Shown here: piece after piece, positions 1 to 15,174 of the stretch | Layout: each line of letters starts with the position of its first letter | Numbering within the stretch: the stretch's first letter is position 1 | Assembly: GCF_009914755.1 (NCBI RefSeq) | Contig: NC_060942.1 | Strand: one strand, 5' to 3' | Source of the DNA: the human T2T-CHM13v2.0 reference genome, Homo sapiens | Length of the DNA: 64,000 nt | Notes under the pieces: generated by a model | What the model saw: the letters and a program-made list of their open reading frames with translations, nothing else | Told to the model about the DNA's origin: nothing | Database searches by the model: none | Program-made: the position numbers and the translations under genes

Positions 1-17
1 CCAGCTAGAAAAAACCA

Positions 18-69
<52 letters not shown>
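18..69. repeat. (GATA)n tetranucleotide microsatellite
   Basis: Uninterrupted tagatagataga... run. Confidence 0.97.
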
Positions 70-275
70 TTTTTTCCTTTTTTTAAATTAGTATTGATCT
101 AGAATAATTTATTAAATAATTCTATTTCCAAAAGTGCCATCACATTTATTCTAATGATATACACATAATATTAATGGTGGAAAATGAATATCTCTGGCAT
201 TTTAAGTAGGGAGAACCTGAAGCAGAAAATATCTAGAGACCTTACCCATAGTTGCACTGTAAATTTCAAAAGCAG

Positions 276-1301
<1,026 letters not shown>

Positions 1302-2009
1302 TTAACAATATCATTCTGATCGACAATGTATTCAAGGTTATACTACTTTCTCATCTAAAAAAAAAAAAAATGCTTTCCCCATAAAGCACAGTAGAAATTC
1401 TCTGAACAAATTATTAAGCTTCAGCAGCCTCCACCCCTATTAGCACTGAATATACTCATCACACCTACAATGTCCTCATACTACATATGGCCCCTGCTTT
1501 GGCCACCTGTCAGTAACAGCCACAGACTCTGAGTCATTTCAGTCTCTTTTAAATAAAATGTGCTGATAACAGCAACCATTGGATTGATTGGCAGGCTCTT
1601 TCAGGAGAGCTTACCTATCTCAAGCTCAAGGCCCACTTTCATCCTTGGTCACTTCCCTACCCTTGGGGCTTCCGCTTTTCTTCTGGGAAGTTCCTGGGTG
1701 GGGCCTATGGGTACATTTGTGATTTACTTATCATTTATTTCTTTCCTTGTCAGTTTTCTAACCTTTCAAAAATAACTGAGGAACATAAAGCAAATTTCCT
1801 CATGGAGTGTGTTGCCAATTAGAAAAGATTCTATGTCCTTTATAATTTTAGTGATTTATTATTTGGTACTTCCTGGAAAATAACTAGACATAACACAATT
1901 TATTTTAAAAAATAACTTCACTCTCAATAAGTCACACAAATCTCATAGTTGTTTTCAGTAGATTATTCTTGCTCCTTTCCAAAATCAATATTTCTTTCAT
2001 GTTTTATAT

Positions 2010-2421
2010 CAAGCTTGTCCAATCCACAGCCAAGGGGCCACATGTGTCCCAGGATGGCTTTGAATGTGGCCCAACACAAATTCACAAACTTTCTTGAAAC
2101 ATTATGAGAAGCATTATGAGATATTGAAACACTATGAGATTTTTTTGTGATTTTTTTTAAAGCACAATAGAAATTCTCTGAACAAATTATTAAGCTTCAG
2201 TAGCCTCCACTCCACCACCTCCCCATTAGCACTGAAAATACTCATCACACCTACAGTGTCCTCACATTACATATGGTGTCTGCTTTGGCCACCTGTCAGC
2301 AACCTGTCAGTAACAGCCCCAGCTATTGTTAGGTGTTAGTGTGTATGAGTATTTTATGTGTGGCCCAAGACAATTCTTCTTCCAATGTGGCCCAGGGAAA
2401 TCAAAAGATTGAACACCCCTG
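2010..2421 (-). mobile_element. MER30 (hAT-Charlie MITE) carrying an internal ~160 bp insertion
   Basis: Ends caagcttgtccaa ... ttgaacacccctg; 8-bp TSD ttttatat/ttttatac. Confidence 0.85.
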
Positions 2422-3449
2422 TTTTATACGACCATTTAAAATATTACACAAGCAATTATTGCTTATTGTAAATTGCCAGAAATATAAGTATGCAAAAACT
2501 AGAAAAAGTGGTTTTCAGCTATACAATCTCAAATATTTAACGGCCATTCATACTGTGGGGTCTATTTTTCCAGATGGATTTTCTTATTTCCCACTGATTT
2601 CTCATCATGCTCCTGTTTACTGAGATGCTGAGGAATCCCTAAACCAGGCGTCCTTTCAGCATGTTTCCCTGCCCTTTATAGGGTCATCTGGCTTTTCATC
2701 TATTCCTTCTCAAATCTATTATTTATGGTATAAATGATGCCTTTTCATACTCAATATATCATGGTTCTTATAATATAAAGCTTTGTTCTCTCAAGGCTCT
2801 TCTCTCTGTCATGGACTTCAAAAGTCCATTTTTTTTTTTTTACACTCAAAACTGGGCAATGATTCTTTCTCTATATATTTCTATGGTAACAACCCTAGAC
2901 TGAGGTCAAAGTATAAATAAAGACTTCCCTGGTACTATAGTGAAAAGAATTAGAAGGAACAATCTCCTAAGCTCATGTTAAAATACAACATATATATATG
3001 GAGGGTGTATAATTGCTAAGAATATTTACTTTCATATATAGTTTTAACAAAAAATACGATTATAATTGTTAGCAACATTTTCCTGCTTTAGTATAATATA
3101 CATATATTTTATGACAGTATACATCAAACTAAGCTTACTTTCCAATAGCTGTATGCTCTTCTATTGTTTGGATGTATCAGCCTTAAGTAATCTGTCCCTT
3201 ATTGATGAAAAATGCTGTAGTGAACATCTCTATACATATTAATAAAATACCTGAGAGAATTACTATCTCAAGGTATCAAGGGTTAGTCACATTTGAGATG
3301 TTATGTAGTTTTATCAAATGCCATTTATTAAATGTCTAAGGAATTTAACCATTGTTATGCCAATTTCTAAAAACAGGGTGTAGACATTACTTCTTCAGAC
3401 CTTTGCCAGCGTAGGGATTTTATCATTCATTGAAAACAGTCAACAAATA

Positions 3450-3749
3450 CAGCGGCTCTCCCTTATCTGTGGTTTCACTTTCCATGGTTTCAGTTACCCA
3501 CAGTACACTACGATGAGATATATTGAGAGAGAGACTACATTCAGATAACTTTTATTAAAGTATACGGTTATAATTATCCTATTATTGATTGTTGTTAATA
3601 TGTTACTGTATCTAATTTATAAGTTAAATTTTATTACAGGTATGTATGTATAGGAGAAAACATAGTACATGCATCCACTATTAGTCACTGTTTCAGGCAT
3701 CCACTGGTATCTTGGAACATATCCCCTGAGTATAAGGGGGGAACTACTG
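3450..3749 (+). mobile_element. MER44A-like (TcMar-Tigger) MITE
   Basis: TIRs cagcggctctcccttatc / tataagggggaactactg flanked by TA; internal gagagagactacattcagataac. Confidence 0.8.
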
Positions 3750-4249
3750 TAATGCACTCATGTTAACACACAGTTTTAAAAAGTGAGTCCCTTTGTTGAA
3801 AAAAAATTTAAAAATAATAGTAACTAATAAATAAAAGGAAAATGAAAATATTGTTTCTGTGGCTCTTTCTTTAAGAGAAGAATTCTTTTAATTGAAAGGT
3901 GATCATGAAACAAAATATTTAGGCATAAAATAAGTATATTATTTTCAAGTGAGGTATGATAAATATTTTATAATGTGTTGGTGAAGAAACTGAATTAAGG
4001 CTCTTTGAACTAAACAAATAGCTTTGTTGACTGACTGCTCAGATTGAGTCAAATATACCAGGAAAGATTATATTTGACTATGGTTTGTATTACATGATGA
4101 CTAGTATTTCTACTCTTCAATTTATTATATAGAAATAAGAAATATTATTGAAAACAAACCAAAGAATACAAGGATATAAGCCAACATGAAAGAGGCAATA
4201 AAAACAGTTCCTGAGAATTTAGATTCCCAGGACCTTTATTAGAATTATC

Positions 4250-5260
4250 ATATAAAGAATATAAAATAATGTTATGCATGCATTACTTAAAGACTAAAAT
4301 ATATTTCTTCCTAAAAGGCCACAAAATAAAAGATTAACAAAGACAAGACAACTTGGAGGAAGTAAAAACTTCTAAAAATCAAAAATAAAATAGTTGAAAT
4401 TAAGAACTCAACGGATGCATAAATTAGTGGCAACTTATGTATGGTTACTGACTTAATAGAAAGATCCAAAATATTTGAATTGTTTGTTTGCAAGACAAGG
4501 ATAGGCATAAACAGATGACAGAGAGAGAGAGAATGAGAATATGAAAGAAAATACCAGTAGAGGTTGTGTCTTGGAAAATAAGGAGGTCAAACATTTATGT
4601 AATTGGAGTCTCACAGAAGAAGAGAGTAGGGATGGAATCAAGCAGTCCATGAATATATAAGCAGAAAATTCCCAAAGTTGAAAAAAAAGAACTCACAAAG
4701 ACAAGAAACACAATGTACTAGAATTATAAAAATAAATACATAAAAAAGAGATAAAACACTTTAAAAAAATAGTTAAAATGTATATAAACACATCACAATG
4801 AAACTGTAAAACACAAAAGGCAGAAAGAACTTAAAAGCAGCCCAAAACAAAACAAATGAAAAATCCCTAAAATAACACAATTTTAGATAAAGCAGATTTG
4901 ATAACATTTATATACAAATATATCATTTTAAATATTCCAGAAAAAGACCATTAACCTGGAATTGTTTATATGCTCAGCAAAACTGAATTTCAGAAATAAG
5001 GGCTATATAAACATACTTTCAGATAAATGAAACAATTTAATTTTTGCCAATTTACCACCACTATAGGATGTCTAATGGATATACCTCAAAAGGAAGATAA
5101 ATAATCCCAGAAGGAAGATCTGAGTACAGATATCAATGAGGAACACAGAAAATATTAAACATAGAGGTAAATCTAAACAGATGTTTATAACACAGGAAAA
5201 ATGATGGTAAAAAGTAATGCCACTTGTGGGATTTAAAAATGCAGAATTAAAATACTAAAT
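4250..5260 (+). mobile_element. Old L1M fragment (ORF1 region, degraded)
   Basis: A-rich with L1 ORF1-like phrases (aattggagtctcacagaag, gcagaaaattcccaaagttg, cccagaaggaagatctgag). Confidence 0.55.
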
Positions 5261-5261
5261 T

Positions 5262-6752
5262 ACACAAGAGAATAAGAAGACAAGCCACAGATTTGGACAA
5301 AATACTTTCAAAAGGCCTATGTGATTAAAAAAATAATTATCCAAAATTACAAGGGACTCAAATTCAACTCAAATTTCGATTTCAACAATAAGAAAATTAA
5401 AAACCTGATTAAAAATGAGCAAAAGATATTAATAGATACCTCACTAAAGAAGATGCAGTCTGGCAAATAAACATTTGACAAGATGTTTCACATCATATGT
5501 CATAAGAGAAAGGCGAATTAAAACAATAAGATATCACTACACACCTATCAGAATGGCCAAAATCTAGAAACAGCTACAACACTAAATTCTGGTGAGGATG
5601 TGAAGCTATAGGAACGCTCATTTATTGCTGGTGGCAGTAGAAAATGATACAGTCCCTTAGAAAGACAGTTGGGATGTTTCTAACAAAAGTAAACATACTC
5701 ATCAGATGAGCCAGTAGTCATGCTCCAAGGTATTTACCCACCTGAGTTGAAAACTTATGTTCATACAAAAACCTGCACATGGATATTTATAACAACTTTA
5801 TTTATAATTGTGAAACTTGGAAGCAACCAAGATGTCCACCAAGTGAATGAGTTAGTGAACTGTGGTACCTTCAACAGTGAAATATTGTTCAGTGCTGAAA
5901 AACAATGAGCTATCAAACCAAGAAAAGACATGAAGGAAACTTACATGCATATTAGTAAGTGAAAGAAACCAATCTACAAAGCCTACTATATTAGCCCATT
6001 CTCACACTGCTATAAAGGACCACCTGAGACTGAGTAATTTATAAAGAAAGGTCTAATTCACTTTCAGTTCTGCAGGCTATACAGGAAGCACAGCTGGGGG
6101 AGGCCTCAGGAAACCTACAATGGTGGCAGAAGGCAAAGTGGAAGCCGGCATGTCCTACTCAGCTGGAGCAGGGGGAAGAGATAGAAAGGGGAGGTGTCAC
6201 ACACTTTTAAACAACCAGATCTCGTGAGAACTCACTTACCGTCAATTACCTCCCATTAGGCCCCTCCTTCAACATGTGGGAATTACAATTTGACATGAGA
6301 TTTGGGTGGGGACACATAGCCAAACCATAACAGCTACATATGGTATGATTCTAACTCTATGATATTCTGGAAAAGGCAAAACTATGGAGACAGTAAAAAT
6401 ATCAGTGGTTGCAAGGGATTGTGGGGAGGGAGGAATGAGTAAGAGGATCACAGAAGATTTTTAGATCAGTGAATCTACTCCATATTATACCATAATGGTG
6501 GATAGAGGTCCTGATACATTTGTCAAAACACACAAAATGTACAATATCAAGAATGAACCCTAACATAAACTATAGACTTTGGGCCATAATATGTCAATGT
6601 AGGTATATGAGTTATACCTACCACTCTGGTGTGATAGGTTGACAGTGGGGAGACTGTCTTGGGGGCAGGTTGGAATATATGGGAACTTTCCCTATTTTCT
6701 ACCTAATTTTGCTGTGAAACTAAAATTGCTCTAAAAAATAAACTCTATTTAA
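5262..6752 (+). mobile_element. L1MC/L1MB 3' end (ORF2 end plus 3' UTR), interrupted by an MST LTR
   Basis: gatatcactacacacctatcagaatggccaaaatc, ggtatttaccca..gagttgaaaacttatgttcatacaaaaacctgcac, terminal ctctaaaaaataaa. Confidence 0.85.
5987..6332 (-). mobile_element. MaLR LTR, MSTA/MSTB
   Basis: tattagcccattctcacactgctataaagg ... gggacacatagccaaaccataaca; 5-bp TSD cctac/gctac. Confidence 0.85.
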
Positions 6753-7748
6753 AGGGGGAAAAAAGTACTAAACCACAATAATCACTCATGAAGGCATGAT
6801 TACATGTAAAGTGTTCCAAGGTATTTGCGTTGCTTCAGAATATCTCCAAAGAAGATAAGATTAAAAAAAAAAACATTAACAAGTAAAATATGCTTCTTGA
6901 GAGCAAACATTAGATGAATATAGCATTATTAACCTTTAAATCAGTAGGGGGTAAAAATGAAAGAAGAACAGAAAAACAAAACGCTCAAAAACGAAGACAA
7001 TAGAGGCATAGAACTAGCAGAAAAAATATAAAGCAAAAATATTAGAAACTAGTCTCAATATTTTTAAAGCATTAAACACTATTAAAAATCTCTCCAAAAA
7101 GAAATTAGAGGCTCTGATCATTTATAGATCTTTCTTCTTTCCTTTGGAATGTATTTCCAGAGGTCCTAATGAGCTTGTAAAGCTGAACAAAAGGCATAAA
7201 TAAGAATTTCTTCTCCATAGGGAGCCTGGCTCAGAGAAAATATAGGCAGAATCCCTTGGACTGATATTTAAAATAAAATACAGATTTAATGTGGGACATT
7301 CCAAGGTATATTTGAATCAGTCAATATCATGTATCTCCCCAGAAAAACAAATATCTTGAGAGAAGCAGCAAATATATTAAAAAACAGGTAAATATAAAAG
7401 TGCCTGAAAGTCCCAGTGTGGCTGACCTCAATCTCGATTACAAAAGAAAAAACATACAACTAATGAGTCATATAACAAACTGTCAGGGAAATGGTACAGG
7501 AGCATTTGGAAGCCTGAGACTGGAAACGACAACACAGGCAAGTATGCAAAGCTTTCCCCCAGCGCCTTTTCCCCACCTCATGCACACATTGCTCCTTATG
7601 GGGAGCAAAAAGGTTCCCCCTCCTCCTGACTGTCTTAGATGGAGAAAATGGATTGGACGCACCTGCCTAAGCCTTCTGAGGCACAGATCTTAAGAGAACT
7701 GGAAGCTTTCTCTTCCTGCCTCTTGGAGCTGTTGCAGAAATAAAACAA

Positions 7749-8044
7749 GTGCAGTGGCTTAAGATTGTAATCTAAGTGCTTTGGGAAGTCGAGGTAAGAG
7801 GATTGCTAAAGGCTAGGAGGAGGCTAAGAGTTTGAGACTAGCCAGCCTGAGTAACATAGCGAGACCCTATCTCTACTAAATAAATAAATAAATACATGCT
7901 GGGTATGGTGGTGTGCACCTGTAGTCTCAGCTTCTTGAGGGAAGGTCACTTGAGGCCAGGAGTTCAAGGTTTCAATGAGCTATGATATCACCACTGCACT
8001 CTAGCCTGGGCAACCGAGCAAGATCCTGCCTCAAAAAACAAAAG
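7749..8044 (+). mobile_element. Degraded AluJ
   Basis: Diverged dimer (gtgcagtggcttaagattgtaatc ... ctgcactctagcctgggcaac). Confidence 0.85.
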
Positions 8045-8074
8045 TAACCATTAAAAAATTATAATTTCCCCTCT

Positions 8075-8980
8075 CCACAAATGTAAAGGGAAACAGTTTT
8101 ACTATTAAATTAGCAGCAAGGGCCAGGTGTGGTGGCTCACATCTGTAATTCCAGCACTTTGGAAAGTGGAGGAAGGTGGATCGCTTGAGGTCAGGAGTTC
8201 AAGACCAGCCTGGCCAATGTGGTGAAACCCCATCTCTACCAAAAAATACAAAAATTAGCTGGGCATGGTGCCACGCACCTGTAATCCCAGCTACTAGGGA
8301 GGCTGAGGTAGGAGAATCGCTTCAACCCGGGAGGCAGAAGTTGCAGTGAGCCAAGATGGCATCACTGCACTGCTGCCTAGGTGACAGAGTGAGACTCTCT
8401 CTCAAAAAAAAAAAGTAGAATTAAATGAATGTGATGTGCATCACAGCAATCCACTAACAGAAATAAATCTCATCCTTTTATATAGTCAAGCAGATACAAT
8501 GCAATACATACATGTTCTAAGATAAACAATAGTCCTCAAGTAAGCCAACTCAACAGTGCTATTGGTCCTATGTAGTTCTTCCTAAATTTGCATGGTAGCT
8601 GGAAAAACCATCTGTGTTAGGTAATTGCCTTAACCAAAGGAAAATAAATGTATCATGTCTTTATATCAAGAAGTAGCTTTGCAACTTGGAGTAAGGCACC
8701 TGAAAAAGTTAGACTCCTACTTACCACAGAAACTGGAAGATGGAGTGCTATCTTTCTGCATAATTCCATTCTAAAGAAATGGCTTCCAGGTACTTAAGAA
8801 AAGCATTTTTGAGTGGTAAACCTGGCAATAAGCTTTTAAAAATATTTTATATCTCAAAGTGGCAGAGTATTTACAAAGTCACATTTTCTAATGTAAGTGG
8901 TCTAAGACAAAAAAAGGAAAGGAGGGATTCCTTGGCCTTTCTTGCATCAGGGAGAAATTTTCTTTTTTCCTATTAGGTAC
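8075..8980 (-). mobile_element. MER4-group ERV1 LTR (MER67-like), interrupted by an Alu
   Basis: aaatctcatccttttatatagtcaagcagatacaa, tagctttgcaacttggag, aaagaaatggcttccagg motifs. Confidence 0.55.
8120..8414 (+). mobile_element. AluS
   Basis: Full dimer with polyA. Confidence 0.95.
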
Positions 8981-8999
8981 CATATTTACCCTAACAGTG

Positions 9000-9357
9000 C
9001 ACAGTTGCATCATAAAGAGGTCCAGATTCAGCTATCCTACTAGAGGGATCACATGGAGGAAACTTGTGGTTGTGAGAAACCTTAAGATTATCAAGAAGAA
9101 CCTATTAACCCAACCAACAGTTGGAACCCAGGCACAGCCTACTTGCACACATTGGAGTCATCCCAACAGAGGCCCCAGATATGTGAGTGAAGTGCCAGCT
9201 GGAACTTACGGCTGAGGAGGAAGACATCACGTGGAGGGAAGATGAGCCATCCCTGCTGTTCCAATCTCAAATCCCTTTCCCATGGTTTCAGGAGCAAATA
9301 TTAATAAAATGATAATTGTTTTAAGCCACATCAGTGTAAGCAATTGTAACCAAAGCA
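9000..9357 (+). mobile_element. Old MLT1-type MaLR LTR fragment
   Basis: ccccagatatgtgagtgaag ... aataaaatgataattgttttaagccac ... aattgtaaccaaagca. Confidence 0.55.
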
Positions 9358-9396
9358 TATCTTTAAAAGTTCATACAAAGTCAAAACTAAAGGTTA

Positions 9397-9710
<314 letters not shown>

Positions 9711-10325
9711 AATTAATTTTTAAAATAAAATCAAATAACAAATGAAAAGCTACTTTTTACCTGCTGTCTCTTCCAGGAGCACATTTTCTTCCCAGCTTGC
9801 TCTCCTTCTGATGGTGTAACTCCTAAATATTCTTTGAGATTTCATTGAAAAATCACTTTCTCAAATTAATCTTTTAGGGAAGATTCTCTTCTAAGCCCTT
9901 AAACTAAATTATGATCCCTGTTATATGTTCTCTTCATATGAGCACTTTCTCATAAAATGTATCACACTTTATGGTAATTATATTTTCACTACATGTTTTC
10001 CTGCATATTAGGGAAGGTCAGCTGTTTGCATTATTTACCATTTTCATACATAAAGACTTAATGCAGGGGGTAGAAAGAGTGAGGGAGGAAAATTTAACTT
10101 AATAACATGAAATTTTTCTAACCATCTGGTTTCATACTTTTAAGCCAACTGTCTTAAATATTGAGCTACTCATTACCAAAGGTATCCATATCTTTAAGTC
10201 AGTAGATCAACCCTCTGCATCCTATGAAAACAGGCTTCCTAAACATTCCTACTGTAAATGGCTTTGTTTCTGAACCACGTGTTCTGCTTTGCTTTTCACT
10301 CTATATCTTTAAAATTTCTAGTCTT

Positions 10326-10670
<345 letters not shown>

Positions 10671-11054
10671 TTATAGCTCTGGTTTCTGATCAAAACTACT
10701 TCTCTGGATTTGAAGTTCACTTCCTTTTTGAACATAATTCAGACATTCATTTCGGTTATGTTGCCTTTGCCACTCCAGGTAAATCATCCAGGTGTTCTGA
10801 ACTCTTGGATTTCTGTTTTCACTCTATCTACATGATTAGACTTTCCAACCACCCCTACTGTATTCAACCGAGTCTTGATTGGAGAAACCAGAAAGTAACT
10901 GGCATTAGCTCAACAATCGAAATATGCCAAGATGAAGATGACCTTGAACCTCTTATCAGGAAGTGACTGTATATCTACTCAACATGATTATTAATAAACT
11001 CCCAGTAGAGCACTAAGTATCAGTAGTAAAGTGTTTGTGCCACACCCATGACCA

Positions 11055-11250
11055 TTATTATGTGTCAGGTATTGCTCAAGAATCTTAAAAGATTAATGAA
11101 TGTAACCGCCAATGCAACTCTTTGAGATAAGCACTATTACCCTCATTCTACAGATGAGGAAACTAAGGCACAAGTAGATTAAACAACTTACTCAAGGGGA
11201 CACCTAGTAAGTGATAAAGCCAGAATTCAGCTTCCAACAGTCTAGCTCCG
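11055..11250 (-). mobile_element. MIR
   Basis: Core cattctacagatgaggaaactaaggcac...aacttactcaagg. Confidence 0.85.
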
Positions 11251-12833
11251 TCAGAGAGAGGTCCTTTGTGATAGCTTTCAGAAAAAGTTTATAAGCCATA
11301 AGACTAAAGTAGAGAAAAAAAGGAATTCTTATTTGTAAGAACCAATTTAGAAAATAGAGATCTCCAGATATTATCATTTCAAATGAAAAAGACCAGCTGT
11401 GGTACTGTGATTGAAAAATCATATTTGAATAATTGTATCATGGAGAAGTCTTTGAACTTGACCTATATTTATTTCAACAGAAAGGAAAGACTGCTTTCTT
11501 TTAATGAATATATTTAAATTGTGTTTGCTAGATAAAAGGCAACATTGCAATTAAAGCAAAATCTTGAGGTGAGGATGAACATATCTAATTAAAATTCCTA
11601 TGAACATATTATTTAGAAATAATTGAAAGAAAATATTTGAGAATAGTTCAGCTTAAATGAATAGGATGGTATTTTACACAAATTATTAATGTTCTTTTTC
11701 TCATTGCATTCAAAGTTTACAGGAAAATCAAATTATTTAAGAAAAGTTTATATTTTAAGAAATAAATTTTAAATAAATTTTCTATTTTAAGAAATAAAAT
11801 ATGGATAATACGGATGAATTCATCTTACTTTAATGTGTTTGCTATAAAGAGCTCACATGAGGCATTAAAGAAAAAAAGAAGCAAGATATGGAAACTGAGG
11901 TATCATTTAAAATACATTAAATACATTGCCACTCTCTTAAAATTAAGAATAAATTTCTTTAAATCAGGCAATACTAAGGACTTAAAATGTTTTATTAAAA
12001 AATTCATAAAAAGAAGTTTACTTATGTATTTTGTCATAAGCTTAAAAAAAAAAAAAAGAAAAAAAAAAACAGAGTGGTTTAGGACCTGCTAAAAATCACC
12101 TGGATTTCTCATCAGCACATTTAACTGAACAAGATCTTGTTCCCTAAATGTACTCTTCCTCCAAGATGCCCGTACTGTCATGATTTGTAGTTGCTCAGCA
12201 TGGAACCAGCTCTTCCAGCCTGATTATGCCGTGGCTGTGGTGGCTCAGTCTTTTTGTTTGCAATGCCACTTTCCTCTGCCCCTCCTTTCTTGTTCCTACA
12301 GTCTGCTTTACTCCACCTTGGAGTATGTTGCAGTGACCTGGGAAAAAATAACAGCAGAGCCCAGCTGAAAATAACTAAACTGCTAAACAACTACAGACAG
12401 TTTAAGTCCACTCTATGGAAACCAGTTAAAGTATTACTCTCTGGTTCAATGAGTCTCAGGTCCACGGGGAGGAGAAGTGGCAAATCTTTAAATAGCATGC
12501 AGGGAAAGCTTTTTGGAGAAAAGTGACATTCTAAGCAGAGGGTTGGATGATGAGAAAGAACCAGTAACATCAAGAGCTGAGAATGTGCCTTCTTGACAAA
12601 GGGAGTAAGAAGAGCCTGAAGCAATAAGAGTGGTATGTGTTTTGAATAACAACAGCAAGAAAAGGGTGTGTGGGGGGGGCATCATGATTATAATGTAAAA
12701 AGCAAATAGAAAGTAAACACAGGCATTGCAAAGGTAGGTGAGTTTCGACGAGTCACAGTGAGGAGTTTGATCATGAAGGGGACCCTAAGAGCAATGAGAA
12801 GTATCCAGTGAGTTTTCTTTTGCTAAAGCAATT

Positions 12834-13470
12834 TTTTAAATTGGGATACATTTCATGTCTATATAACATTTACCATTTTAAAATGTACAAATCAGTGGCT
12901 TTTAATATATTAACAAAGTTGTGCAATCAACACCATTGTTCAGAACATTTCACCACTCCAAAAATTGCTCTCCTTCTAGTGTTCTAGAGTTGTAGGTGAG
13001 GGTATTAACTGATGAGTTTTCTTCTTGTTAACATAGGTATTTACAGTTAAGTTTCCCTCTAAGCACTGTGTTTTGCATCCCATACAGTTTAATATGTGTG
13101 GTTTTTCATCTATCACTAAATACTTTCTAATTTCTCCTGTTGATTTCTTCTTTAATTCATTGGTTATTTAAGAGTCTGTTGTTTAAAACATTTGCACATA
13201 TTTGTGAGTTTACCGAATTCCTTGTTTTTAATCTCTAACTTCATTCCATGTGATCAGAAAACATATTTTGTATGACTTCAATACTGTTAATTTTTTCAGA
13301 CTTGTTTTATGGCCTAACACATGGTATATCCAGATTCCTGCAAGTCTTTGGTTAATTTCCAGAGTTCTGAAAAACACTGACTCCGATACTTCTGCCGGTA
13401 TTCTCACGTTTTTCGGGAGGAGAAGATTTTTGGAGATTCTTAATCCTCCATTTGTGGTGATGTCACCACC
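12834..13470 (-). mobile_element. Juxtaposed old L1M fragments
   Basis: L1MB-type 3' end (12834-12965), ORF2-type piece (13020-13330) and L1M 5'-end-type piece (13330-13470). Confidence 0.65.
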
Positions 13471-13844
13471 CATGAATTTTAAAAGAGAAAATCATATTTA
13501 TGTTTTAAATGATCACTTCAGTGCTATGTGAATGCAGGTGACAGGGCTTATCAAACTCTCCCTGCCACCTGCTTTATTTGAATAAGTTTGATTGCCTTAT
13601 CTTAAAAATTCAAGAAATGTTTATTTAAAAAAACAGGGTTTGTGCCTCTCTTTTCAGTTTACAGATACTGGATATTAGAGTAAATGAAAAGATTACCATT
13701 AAATCCCAGTACCTCTTTGTACAGTTAATGTCCTTTCTTTTTTCAATTAATGTTAATTATCATGATACAATATAAACCTCTCTGTTAGCCTAGGATAGCA
13801 GTACTCAACCCTGGCTATGTATTAGAAAAACTAAGTCACCGTAC

Positions 13845-14150
13845 ACTTCCTATTTCTTGTATAGCACTTAAGACAATCAATAATTATCTTAGTTAATGTC
13901 AGATACTCTGACCCATATATAATTGTGAATAAAAATATTCTTTCTGCAACTGTTTCTGTATATTATATATTACAGTATCTGTAATTTGCTCCTATATTAC
14001 AGTATCTTCTATTACAGATACTGTAATATAGAATATACAGAAACAGTTGCAGAAACAATATTTTTATTCACAATTATATTCTCAGCATCAGCCAGGATAT
14101 CTGACCCATAGCAGTGCCTCATTAGATGTCTGCCAAGGGAATCAATGAGT
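13845..14150 (+). mobile_element. L2 3' fragment containing a palindromic insertion
   Basis: tatagcacttaagacaatc ... tttttattcacaattatattctcagcatcagccagga..ctgacccatagcagtgcctcattagatgtc. Confidence 0.5.
13917..14079. repeat. Near-perfect inverted repeat (69-bp arms, 25-bp spacer)
   Basis: 13917-13985 equals the reverse complement of 14011-14079 with 2 mismatches. Confidence 0.95.
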
Positions 14151-14639
14151 TAATTTGAGAATAAGTGGAGGGATAAATTGTCCACTTAATAAAATTACTT
14201 AAGATAATGATTATTGCCTCATTTTAAAAAACAATAACCTATTTATGTGTTTATTCATAATATAAATTTCTTACTTTTCTCTCTAGCAAATAAATTCAAA
14301 TTTTGAACATTATTAATTTTTTAATAATTTTACCTCTGCTATTAAAATTAAAAATCAGCATTTAGACAACTGAGCATTCAATATGAACATTCACTCTACT
14401 GTGGATTTTCTAAAAGAGGATGAACCTTCAGCAACCTTCACAGAAGCAGAGTATTCAGATGAAAGGACCTGTTAGTCTAGAACATCCTCTCTAGTCAGTC
14501 ATCATCTGCAGTGTCGTTTGCAGTTCCCTCTTAGACTCATTCATTCACTGTGGCTGTTTCCATATTCTCTGAGGAAAATCAGTACATTACTTATTAATGT
14601 GGGCAATAACATTTGGACAAAAGCGTGTGTGCTGAGATG

Positions 14640-15040
14640 GGTAACTGTGATGATAAAAGAGCTAGACAACTTGTTATATGAGGAAAGATTTAATTAAGTG
14701 AAATGTTTAGCTGGAACAGAAATGTCATATGGGAAGAACTATTCACAAATATTTGAAGAATTGTCATGTGAAAGAAAACAAAATGTATCCCATGTGCCTC
14801 CAGGGTATAGAGCTTAGACAAATATGTGGAAATTATAGTAAAGCAGACTTTGACAGCATAAAAATAAAACTTTCTAACACTTTCAAATTCCTGAGATTGG
14901 TATCATCTGCTGTATAAAGACAATCTCTAAAAATAATCAAGCAGAAATCAAATATCATAGAAAATGTTTTGCTTCAGATGGGGTCATTACACTTGAAGAT
15001 TTTAATATCACATAATTTTAAAATTCTATGAATTGTGAAA
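14640..15040 (+). mobile_element. L3/CR1 3' fragment
   Basis: tatgaggaaagatt...atgtttagctgg...aaatatttgaagaattgtcatgtgaaag...aactttctaac...attctatga. Confidence 0.6.
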
Positions 15041-15174
15041 CTCTCCTGAATCACTTTGAAAATAAAATTGGATATTGATTTTTCCATGTTGTAATTTTGA
15101 ACATAAAACATATTTCCTATTATGAAAAGTTGCTTTAAAAGTGTACACCTAAATTATTATAACTTATATGAATG

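Noticed and set aside
12090-12470. Non-repeat, enhancer-like block with overlapping short ORFs
   Set aside because: No paired splice signals or recognisable homology; function cannot be supported from sequence alone.
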